Part shown: positions 21,263 through 28,687 of the stretch, piece after piece
How the letters are laid out: each line of letters opens with the position of its first letter
Position numbering within the stretch: the stretch's first letter is position 1
From: Mycobacterium tuberculosis H37Rv
Lineage (GTDB): Bacteria; Actinomycetota; Actinomycetes; Mycobacteriales; Mycobacteriaceae
Assembly (NCBI RefSeq): GCF_000195955.2
Contig: NC_000962.3
Coordinates: forward strand, 1,050,001-1,082,000
DNA: 32,000 nt
Direction of reading: 5' to 3'
Notes under the pieces: model-generated
Databases searched by the model: none
What the model saw: the letters and a program-made list of their open reading frames with translations, nothing else
Told to the model about the DNA's origin: nothing
Made by a program: the position numbers and the translations under genes

Positions 21263-23273
21263 GTCTGATGGTGACGACCCGCTGCGCCCGGCTTCGCCGC
21301 GCTTGCGATCGTCACGACGGCACTCGCTACGCTACTCGGCGTACACCGGCGGGCCCGACCCGCTGGCCCCGCCGGTGGATCTGCGGGATGCGCTGGAACA
21401 GATTGGCCAAGACGTCATGGCGGGCGCCTCGCCGCGCCGGGCGCTGTCCGAGCTGCTGCGGCGGGGCACCAGGAACCTGACCGGCGCCGACCGGCTGGCG
21501 GCCGAGGTGAACCGCCGCCGACGGGAGTTGTTGCGCCGCAACAACTTAGATGGCACCTTGCAGGAGATCAAGAAGCTGCTCGACGAGGCCGTGCTGGCCG
21601 AACGCAAGGAGCTGGCCCGCGCGCTAGACGACGACGCCCGCTTCGCCGAGCTGCAGCTGGACGCGCTTCCGGCCTCGCCGGCCAAGGCAGTACAGGAGCT
21701 GGCCGAATACCGCTGGCGCAGCGGGCAGGCCCGCGAAAAGTATGAGCAGATCAAGGATTTGCTCGGCCGTGAGCTGCTCGACCAACGCTTTGCCGGCATG
21801 AAGCAGGCGCTTGCCGGTGCCACCGACGACGATCGCCGGCGGGTCACCGAGATGCTCGACGACCTCAACGACCTGTTGGATAAGCACGCCCGCGGTGAAG
21901 ATACGCAGCGGGACTTCGACGAGTTCATGACCAAGCACGGCGAGTTCTTCCCGGAGAACCCGCGCAACGTCGAGGAGCTGCTGGACTCGCTGGCCAAGCG
22001 AGCCGCCGCCGCGCAGCGGTTCCGCAACAGCCTGAGCCAGGAACAGCGGGACGAGCTGGACGCGTTGGCGCAGCAGGCATTTGGCTCTCCGGCGTTGATG
22101 CGGGCGCTGGACCGTTTGGATGCGCATCTGCAGGCCGCCCGTCCCGGCGAAGACTGGACCGGCTCGCAGCAGTTCTCCGGTGATAATCCGTTCGGCATGG
22201 GGGAAGGCACCCAGGCGCTGGCCGACATTGCCGAGCTGGAGCAGCTGGCCGAGCAGCTGTCGCAGAGCTATCCGGGCGCCAGCATGGACGATGTCGACCT
22301 GGACGCGCTGGCCCGTCAGCTCGGCGACCAGGCCGCCGTCGACGCCCGGACGCTGGCTGAATTGGAACGCGCGCTGGTCAATCAGGGCTTCCTGGACCGC
22401 GGTTCCGACGGCCAGTGGCGGCTCTCGCCGAAGGCCATGCGCCGCCTCGGCGAAACGGCGTTACGCGATGTGGCGCAACAACTTTCCGGGCGCCACGGCG
22501 AGCGTGATCACCGGCGTGCCGGCGCCGCGGGCGAGCTGACCGGTGCGACGCGGCCCTGGCAGTTCGGCGACACCGAGCCGTGGCACGTCGCCCGCACGCT
22601 GACCAATGCCGTGCTGCGCCAAGCCGCGGCCGTGCATGACCGCATCCGGATCACCGTCGAGGATGTCGAGGTCGCCGAGACCGAAACGCGCACCCAGGCC
22701 GCTGTTGCGTTGTTGGTGGACACCTCGTTTTCGATGGTGATGGAGAATCGCTGGTTGCCGATGAAGCGCACGGCGCTGGCGCTGCACCACCTGGTGTGCA
22801 CCCGGTTCCGCTCGGATGCCTTGCAGATCATCGCGTTTGGGCGCTACGCCCGCACGGTGACGGCGGCCGAGCTGACGGGGTTGGCGGGTGTCTACGAGCA
22901 GGGCACCAACCTGCACCATGCGCTCGCGCTGGCCGGCCGGCACCTGCGCCGGCACGCAGGCGCCCAGCCCGTGGTGCTGGTGGTGACCGACGGCGAGCCG
23001 ACCGCCCACCTGGAGGACTTCGACGGCGACGGTACGTCGGTGTTCTTTGATTACCCGCCCCATCCGCGCACCATCGCCCACACCGTGCGCGGGTTTGACG
23101 ACATGGCGCGGCTGGGTGCGCAGGTGACGATCTTCCGGTTGGGCAGTGACCCCGGTCTGGCTCGGTTCATTGACCAGGTTGCGCGACGGGTGCAGGGCCG
23201 CGTGGTGGTGCCCGATCTCGACGGGCTGGGCGCGGCGGTGGTGGGCGACTACCTGCGCTTCCGGCGGCGCTAG
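21255..23273 (+). CDS. Coiled-coil/helical protein with C-terminal von Willebrand factor A domain (Rv0959-like)
   Basis: ATG at 21255 overlaps the upstream stop by 8 nt (ATGGCTAA). MIDAS DxSxS = DTSFS. VVTDGEPTA motif. 672 aa. Confidence 0.9.
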   Translation: MAKSDGDDPLRPASPRLRSSRRHSLRYSAYTGGPDPLAPPVDLRDALEQIGQDVMAGASPRRALSELLRRGTRNLTGADRLAAEVNRRRRELLRRNNLDGTLQEIKKLLDEAVLAERKELARALDDDARFAELQLDALPASPAKAVQELAEYRWRSGQAREKYEQIKDLLGRELLDQRFAGMKQALAGATDDDRRRVTEMLDDLNDLLDKHARGEDTQRDFDEFMTKHGEFFPENPRNVEELLDSLAKRAAAAQRFRNSLSQEQRDELDALAQQAFGSPALMRALDRLDAHLQAARPGEDWTGSQQFSGDNPFGMGEGTQALADIAELEQLAEQLSQSYPGASMDDVDLDALARQLGDQAAVDARTLAELERALVNQGFLDRGSDGQWRLSPKAMRRLGETALRDVAQQLSGRHGERDHRRAGAAGELTGATRPWQFGDTEPWHVARTLTNAVLRQAAAVHDRIRITVEDVEVAETETRTQAAVALLVDTSFSMVMENRWLPMKRTALALHHLVCTRFRSDALQIIAFGRYARTVTAAELTGLAGVYEQGTNLHHALALAGRHLRRHAGAQPVVLVVTDGEPTAHLEDFDGDGTSVFFDYPPHPRTIAHTVRGFDDMARLGAQVTIFRLGSDPGLARFIDQVARRVQGRVVVPDLDGLGAAVVGDYLRFRRR

Positions 23274-23288
23274 TTTGTTGCAATCATG

Positions 23289-23320
23289 GTGCTAGCATCG
23301 TGCTAGCAATATGCTAACAT
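23289..23320. promoter_or_regulatory. Putative VapB9/VapBC9 operator plus -10 element: three TGCTA(G/A)CA palindromic boxes at 11-bp spacing overlapping a TAACAT -10
   Basis: GTGCTAGCA at 23289 and 23300, ATGCTAACA at 23311. TAACAT (23315-23320) ends 7 nt before the A of the vapB9 ATG. Confidence 0.6.
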
Positions 23321-23326
23321 AGTGCG

Positions 23327-23548
23327 ATGAAGACGCTGTATCTGCGCAATGTGCCGGACGACGTGGTCGAGCGACTCGAGCGCCTCGCCGAACTCGCCAA
23401 GACGTCGGTGTCCGCGGTTGCTGTGCGTGAGCTCACCGAGGCTTCTCGCCGCGCCGACAATCCGGCGCTTCTTGGGGACTTGCCCGATATCGGCATCGAC
23501 ACGACCGAACTGATCGGTGGTATCGACGCCGAGCGCGCCGGTCGATGA
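23327..23548 (+). CDS. vapB9: VapB-type antitoxin (ribbon-helix-helix-like)
   Basis: 73 aa, [21 protein letters not shown]… typical RHH N-terminus. ATGA overlap with the PIN gene. Confidence 0.88.
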
Positions 23549-23928
23549 TCGTCGTTGACGCCTCGGCCGCGCTGGCCGCGCTGCTCAACGATGGACAAGC
23601 TCGACAATTGATCGCTGCCGAGCGCCTGCATGTCCCGCATCTGGTCGATTCGGAAATCGCGAGCGGGCTCCGCAGGCTAGCGCAGCGGGATCGGCTGGGC
23701 GCGGCCGACGGACGGCGGGCCCTCCAAACGTGGCGCCGCCTCGCGGTGACGCGTTATCCGGTGGTGGGCCTTTTCGAGCGTATCTGGGAAATCCGCGCGA
23801 ACCTGTCGGCATACGACGCCAGCTATGTGGCCTTGGCGGAAGCCCTGAACTGTGCGCTCGTCACAGCGGATCTGCGGCTCAGCGACACCGGCCAAGCCCA
23901 GTGTCCGATTACCGTTGTGCCCAGGTAG
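23545..23928 (+). CDS. vapC9: VapC-type PIN-domain ribonuclease toxin
   Basis: 127 aa. Begins [11 protein letters not shown] (first acidic PIN residue); further D/E residues (VDSEI, YDASYV, TADLRL). Confidence 0.9.
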
Positions 23929-24073
23929 CCGTGGCACGGATGTTCGAGGATCCGTATATCACAACGCGATAGGTCCTGTTGACACAAGGGAAGCGCGGGG
24001 CGCCGTCGGCGGTTCGTCTCGTCGAAATGCGACAACAACGCCGTGCGCGGCACATCCCAGTTTGTGAGACACT

Positions 24074-24421
24074 GTGCGCGTGCCCTCGCAGTGGATGATC
24101 TCATCCCGGGTAACGGTAGCCTGGAACATCGTCGGCTACCTCGTGTATGCGGCCCTGGCTTTTGTCGGCGGGTTTGCGGTTTGGTTCTCCTTATTCTTCG
24201 CGATGGCCACCGATGGTTGTCACGACTCAGCTTGCGACGCAAGCTATCACGTGTTCCCGGCCATGGTCACCATGTGGATCGGAGTTGGCGCGGTCTTGCT
24301 GCTCACCTTGGTGGTCATGGTTCGCAACTCGTCGCGAGGCAACGTCGTGATCGGATGGCCTTTTGTTGGGTTGTTGGCGCTTGGCCTTGTCTACGTGGCT
24401 GCCGATGCGGTCTTGCACTGA
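24074..24421 (+). CDS. Small integral membrane protein, about 4 TM (Rv0961-like)
   Basis: 115 aa, strongly hydrophobic, GTG start. Confidence 0.75.
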   Translation: MRVPSQWMISSRVTVAWNIVGYLVYAALAFVGGFAVWFSLFFAMATDGCHDSACDASYHVFPAMVTMWIGVGAVLLLTLVVMVRNSSRGNVVIGWPFVGLLALGLVYVAADAVLH

Positions 24422-24439
24422 TCGACGTGGGGTTCTGCG

Positions 24440-25114
24440 TCAGTAGGCGTCGCGGGTTCGGCCGCCGGGGGATCCGTACAGGTACGGGTAGTGCACGTCG
24501 GGGTCGTTGGCCGGTCGCATGTTCAGCGGTGGCGGCGCGGTGCGCCAGGCGGCCGGGGGATGGCAACCGGTGTTGTAGGAGTAGCCGAGTGGGCCGCGGT
24601 TGTCGCCATTGACGAGGTTTATCGTGACGCCGTCATCGCGGATTTGAGAGTAATTCGGGGCGCCCAGCGGCTGTGGCGGGTCGCCGGGTACGGAGTTGTT
24701 GGGCCGAAAACCCGCCGCCTTGAACACCGGGGCTAGCTCGGTGACAATTTGCAGCCATTGCTGCGGAGTGGGCGCTGGACGGCCAAAGAATAACTCGCTT
24801 GCCTCTTGTCGACCGATGGTGCGGGTGAACGGGTCGTTGCAGCCGTTGGTGAGATGGCTCACTGTGACGCCTGTTGAGAACCGGGTCTGCGGTGAATATT
24901 TCGCGATCATCGCCCTGATGGTGGCGTCGAGGTTGGCGAGCTGCTGCTGGACTGTCTCAAGATCGGGTCGTCCGTTGACGATTTTCTGCCGGCGGTCCAG
25001 CTCGCCCCGCCCGGGATTGGCGTAAGGGTCGAACGTATTGGGTTTGATACACCCGGCCAGCAGTGCGGCGATGCCGAGGAGCGCCGCGGTCAGGCTGCGG
25101 GATGTTCGCTTCAT
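24440..25114 (-). CDS. lprP: Lipoprotein LprP
   Basis: Signal peptide plus lipobox MKRTSRSLTAALLGIAALLAGC. 224 aa. Confidence 0.9.
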   Translation of the reverse strand: MKRTSRSLTAALLGIAALLAGCIKPNTFDPYANPGRGELDRRQKIVNGRPDLETVQQQLANLDATIRAMIAKYSPQTRFSTGVTVSHLTNGCNDPFTRTIGRQEASELFFGRPAPTPQQWLQIVTELAPVFKAAGFRPNNSVPGDPPQPLGAPNYSQIRDDGVTINLVNGDNRGPLGYSYNTGCHPPAAWRTAPPPLNMRPANDPDVHYPYLYGSPGGRTRDAY

Positions 25115-25251
25115 GGGTGATAGTTCGGGTTGGGTATTGGCAATCCGAACGGGCCGGGCCCACTGGGCATCGTCGGTGGCGGCAGCACAGGGGGTTTGAT
25201 GAGGTCGTCGGGCAATCCCGCCAGCACGGCGGCCAAGTTGTAACCACTCAT
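25111..25251 (-). CDS. Candidate unlisted small ORF, 46 aa, Pro-rich, translationally coupled (ATGA) to lprP
   Basis: My translation: ATG 25251…TGA 25111 = MSGYNLAAVLAGLPDDLIKPPVLPPPTMPSGPGPFGLPIPNPNYHP. Its stop overlaps the lprP ATG. GC3 34/46. No clear SD. Confidence 0.35.
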   Translation of the reverse strand: MSGYNLAAVLAGLPDDLIKPPVLPPPTMPSGPGPFGLPIPNPNYHP

Positions 25252-25296
25252 CCGAAGCTGATCATTGTCTCCGTTACGTGCGTACTCAGAGTGTCC

Positions 25297-26307
25297 TTAT
25301 GCTCGCTCGTGAAGTTGGCCGTCGCCCAAGAGCGGGCCGGGCGCCAAACCGGTGTTGACCGACAGTTGTGTCATGCCGGGTACGTCCTGGGGTGCGGAGC
25401 CGAATGCGCCGAATTCGGGGATGGTATTGGCGACATGGTCGTTGACGCCGATCATGTAGAAGGCATGCCCTGGCTCAACGCCCAGCTGCGACGCGTGCGT
25501 GAGCTCGGTGCCCGGTGAACCGTACAAAACGACGTCGCTGACCGGTGCCCCCTGCTGCAGCGCCAGACTGGTTACCAGGGATCCGTAGGAATGCCCGAAC
25601 GCGGTGATGTGCTGATCGCTGACATTCGTGGTAGCGGCCAAGCCTTTGTCGAAGCGGTTCAACGGCCCCGCGGCATCGCGAGCCGACCAGTCGTGCATCA
25701 CGTCTTTGAGGCCGTCCGGCGCGTCATAGCCCAGCCACGCAATGGATGCCACCGCATCGTAATTTGGCCATCCGGCTCGTTCCCTCAGTTCGGCTGCCTT
25801 TGCGCGCTGAATTCCAGCTTCCTTGACCATGTCCCCAACGCTCGAACTCACCCGCGTGTTCAGGCCGCCCATCGTGACGCCGACGCGTTCGGCGTTGTCG
25901 ACGTCGCCAACTCCCACAGCCGCCAACACCTTTCGCGGGTCACTGGCGGTGTCCAACAGAATGAGGCTGGTGCCGGGATGGGCTGCCAGAGTATCCCGCA
26001 ACGCTCGCAGATCCGCCAGCTTGTCGGTGTCGGTGTGCCAGACTCCATCTCTGCTCAACCAGCCGTTCTGCAGCCGGGTGAGTTCTCGTTGCAGCACTGA
26101 AAGATTCAGTTCGTTGCGAACGGCGATGGGAATGCCGTCGCGATTACGCAGGGTATTGGGGAACCATTGCTTGACCCGATCCTGCTGGCCCGGGGTCAGC
26201 GAATGCCACCACCGCTTGACCTCCTCAGGGTCGCTGTCCGGCGGCGGCATCTGCGGCATTGTGGGTGGCGCATGGCTGAGTTGGGCATTGACCTGCTCGC
26301 GCGACAA
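25297..26307 (-). CDS. Alpha/beta hydrolase domain (DUF1023/Abhydrolase_8-like); 3' fragment of a disrupted larger gene (Rv0963c-like)
   Basis: Nucleophile elbow GHSYGS. Family-like sequence ([13 protein letters not shown]…[11 protein letters not shown]) extends upstream of the annotated-length GTG start at 26097. The frame stays open further upstream into Rv0964c. Confidence 0.8.
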   Translation of the reverse strand: MSREQVNAQLSHAPPTMPQMPPPDSDPEEVKRWWHSLTPGQQDRVKQWFPNTLRNRDGIPIAVRNELNLSVLQRELTRLQNGWLSRDGVWHTDTDKLADLRALRDTLAAHPGTSLILLDTASDPRKVLAAVGVGDVDNAERVGVTMGGLNTRVSSSVGDMVKEAGIQRAKAAELRERAGWPNYDAVASIAWLGYDAPDGLKDVMHDWSARDAAGPLNRFDKGLAATTNVSDQHITAFGHSYGSLVTSLALQQGAPVSDVVLYGSPGTELTHASQLGVEPGHAFYMIGVNDHVANTIPEFGAFGSAPQDVPGMTQLSVNTGLAPGPLLGDGQLHERA

Positions 26308-26678
26308 GGCCCCGGCGGCGCATCGAATCGCCGCGGCCAGATCCTCATCGGCGGTCTCGGCGTCGGCCAGCAGACGTTTGATGCCCTCCGGATTGCGGTG
26401 TTGAGGATGGCCTGCTGATCGGCCGGGGAATACGACGACAAGTCGGGTGGTGGCAACGCCGTACCGGTCGCGTAAGCGATCGTCAGGTGATGCTCACGCG
26501 CGGCATCGCGGATCACTTGTAGCCGCATCTTGATCGCGGCGACCTCCTCGGCCGCCTTTTCCGCGGCCCGCGCGACCGCTTCACACGCGCCGGCATGGTG
26601 ATCGAGCAGCACCGTTGTGTGATGGGTTGCTACCTGTGCCGCCTCGGCGGCCGCACCGCCAAAGCCGAGCAGCCCCAT
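26196..26678 (-). CDS. Middle fragment of the same disrupted gene (Rv0964c-like); the 3' third is out-of-frame Arg/Pro/Cys-rich read-through
   Basis: 160-aa ORF. The first ~100 aa are plausible helical protein. After …AILNTAIR the sequence becomes [22 protein letters not shown]…, while the overlapping frame reads [24 protein letters not shown]…. Confidence 0.55.
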   Translation of the reverse strand: MGLLGFGGAAAEAAQVATHHTTVLLDHHAGACEAVARAAEKAAEEVAAIKMRLQVIRDAAREHHLTIAYATGTALPPPDLSSYSPADQQAILNTAIRRASNVCWPTPRPPMRIWPRRFDAPPGPCRASRSMPNSAMRHPQCRRCRRRTATLRRSSGGGIR

Positions 26679-26777
26679 GGTGTCACGCAGCGCCGCCGAT
26701 GCGGTGCGTGTGCCGTGCGCGCGGTCGATCGCGGCCTGAACACCGTCCTGATCGCTGTGGGATCCCAGCGCTCAATG

Positions 26778-27197
26778 TCAGCTAACGTCAACGCCGTCGC
26801 ATCGGGCGCTTCCACCGCCTGTTGGATAAACCGCGGCCAGTGCCGCGGCGTTGTGTTCCTCCATCTCGGCGAACCCGACCGCGGCCAGATGCATGCCGTA
26901 AGAATGGTCCCCGATGCGGGCCGCGTGGGCGGTGCTGGCCTCCGCCCAGCTATCCAGCAATCCCGACAGCGCGCCCGCCGACGAACCGACCCATCCCGGC
27001 CGCGCCCCTTCGGCCGCACCCAGGCAGCAGTGGTGTGACGTCAGCAAAGACTCGCCGTGGTCAGCCTGCTGATAACCGACCTGGGACAGGACTTCAGGAA
27101 TCGCCCGCAACGTTCTGCCATACCAACTCGCTTCCACACGAACCAAACTTTCGGCGGAGTATGGCACACGAGCACATTGCGGGCGATTCACCCGCAT
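26778..27197 (-). CDS. N-terminal fragment of the same disrupted gene, WXG100-like helical hairpin (Rv0965c-like)
   Basis: W-V-G at 26985-26993 followed by SSAGALSGLLDSWAEAS…. Ends at TGA-CAT-TGA (26772-26780), in the same frame as the next ORF. Confidence 0.6.
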   Translation of the reverse strand: MRVNRPQCARVPYSAESLVRVEASWYGRTLRAIPEVLSQVGYQQADHGESLLTSHHCCLGAAEGARPGWVGSSAGALSGLLDSWAEASTAHAARIGDHSYGMHLAAVGFAEMEEHNAAALAAVYPTGGGSARCDGVDVS

Positions 27198-27232
27198 CGA
27201 GCTGACCGGGCGGCGCACCTTGCTATTTGCGG

Positions 27233-27835
27233 CTATTTGCGTGGCTTGCGGGGTTTGCGCTTGATGCCCACATCACCCCACAGCGAGAAGCCGCGGATCC
27301 TCACCGTCGGCACGCCACGGGTGCCCTCCCCGACCACCTTGCGGTCGAAGCCGCCCATCACTCGGTGACCGTGGATCTCCACGTTGACTTCGGGTGGCAG
27401 CAGAATTGTCTGCGCCCCCATGATCGAGTACGCACGGATGTCCACCTCGGTCGAGGTGAAGTCGGCGTAGCGCAGATCCAGCACCCCGCTGCCCCACAAG
27501 GTGAACGTGGTCAGCTTCTTCGGCACGTTCCAGCGGCCGCGTCGTTCGAATCCGCCCAGTAGCGCCAGCAGCAGCGTGGACGGCGCCGGATTGCATTCGC
27601 CACCCCTGCGCGGGCCTATCGCCGCCCCCGGCAGATCGGCCCGCAGCCGATCCAGCTCCTGGTAGGTGGTTGCCGCATAGGCCCGCGCCAGCCGGTCTTC
27701 ATAATCGGTCAGCTGCAGGCGGCCCTGCTCGGCCGCGTAGGCCAGCAACTGCGCAATCTGTATCCGGTCGGTGTCCGACGCACGCGCGGACTCGTCGCGC
27801 GAGTTCCTCGCGTCACGCTGCGCCGAGTTGCTCAT
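27233..27835 (-). CDS. DUF1707 (SHOCT-like) domain protein with LiaF-like C-terminal domain (Rv0966c-like)
   Basis: ATG at 27835 gives 200 aa. RASDTDRIQIAQLLAYAAEQGRLQLTDYEDRLARAYAATTYQELDRLRADLP is a typical DUF1707 sequence. Lys/Arg-rich C-terminus. Confidence 0.85.
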   Translation of the reverse strand: MSNSAQRDARNSRDESARASDTDRIQIAQLLAYAAEQGRLQLTDYEDRLARAYAATTYQELDRLRADLPGAAIGPRRGGECNPAPSTLLLALLGGFERRGRWNVPKKLTTFTLWGSGVLDLRYADFTSTEVDIRAYSIMGAQTILLPPEVNVEIHGHRVMGGFDRKVVGEGTRGVPTVRIRGFSLWGDVGIKRKPRKPRK

Positions 27836-27916
27836 CGTCCACGAGCCTACGACGTCAAGAATTTGCTTCAAGAGGTGTTGGCGAAACTGCAAATGTTGCC
27901 AGGTTCGACTCCTTGG

Positions 27917-27944
27917 GTAGCCCACCCCCAGTGGGGTGGGATAC
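27917..27944. promoter_or_regulatory. CsoR operator (GC-rich pseudo-palindrome) overlapping the cso promoter
   Basis: GTAGCCCACCCCCAGTGGGGTGGGATAC: arms CCCACCCC / GGGGTGGG separated by CAGT. Candidate -10 TACCAT at 27942-27947. 31 nt upstream of the csoR ATG. Confidence 0.85.
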
Positions 27945-27974
27945 CATGAACGGGTGAGGGATTAGGGGCAAGCC

Positions 27975-28334
27975 ATGAGCAAGGAATTGACCGCAAAGAA
28001 GCGCGCGGCGCTGAACCGGCTGAAGACGGTTCGGGGCCATCTTGACGGAATCGTTCGGATGCTGGAGTCCGACGCCTACTGCGTGGACGTGATGAAGCAG
28101 ATTTCAGCGGTTCAGTCCTCGCTGGAGCGGGCCAACCGGGTGATGCTGCACAACCACTTGGAGACGTGCTTTTCCACGGCGGTGCTGGATGGTCATGGGC
28201 AAGCGGCCATCGAAGAGCTCATTGATGCCGTCAAATTCACGCCGGCGCTGACCGGTCCACACGCGCGGCTCGGCGGTGCCGCGGTCGGCGAGTCGGCCAC
28301 CGAGGAGCCGATGCCGGATGCCAGCAACATGTGA
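27975..28334 (+). CDS. csoR: Copper-sensing transcriptional repressor CsoR
   Basis: 119 aa. Cu(I) ligands Cys36, His61 and Cys65 are all present (…DAYC…HNHLETC…). Confidence 0.96.
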   Translation: MSKELTAKKRAALNRLKTVRGHLDGIVRMLESDAYCVDVMKQISAVQSSLERANRVMLHNHLETCFSTAVLDGHGQAAIEELIDAVKFTPALTGPHARLGGAAVGESATEEPMPDASNM

Positions 28335-28390
28335 CGAGCGCCGGACTCCGGTGTTTCTCGGGACAACGACATACGAAAGGAGCATCCGCG

Positions 28391-28687
28391 ATGGTGTGGC
28401 ATGGATTCCTAGCGAAGGCGGTACCCACCGTGGTCACCGGCGCGGTGGGGGTCGCGGCGTATGAGGCGCTGCGCAAGATGGTGGTGAAGGCTCCGCTGCG
28501 GGCGGCAACCGTGTCCGTTGCCGCCTGGGGCATACGCTTAGCACGTGAAGCCGAGCGCAAGGCCGGGGAGAGCGCCGAGCAAGCTCGACTGATGTTCGCC
28601 GACGTGCTAGCCGAAGCCAGCGAGCGCGCCGGGGAAGAAGTTCCACCACTGGCGGTGGCGGGTTCGGACGACGGTCATGACCACTGA
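28391..28687 (+). CDS. Small protein with N-terminal hydrophobic helix, DUF1490-like (Rv0968-like)
   Basis: ATG at 28391 with SD gaaaggag 8 nt upstream. 98 aa. Second gene of the cso operon. Confidence 0.85.
   Translation: MVWHGFLAKAVPTVVTGAVGVAAYEALRKMVVKAPLRAATVSVAAWGIRLAREAERKAGESAEQARLMFADVLAEASERAGEEVPPLAVAGSDDGHDH

Noticed and set aside
21332-22228. 298-aa Ser/Arg/Ala-rich ORF antisense to the VWA-protein gene
   Set aside because: Antisense shadow of the coiled-coil region (GAG/CTG-rich codons read in reverse). No independent support.
23936-23955. Short hairpin acggat/atccgt after vapC9
   Set aside because: A 6-bp stem with no U-tract; it could easily arise by chance.
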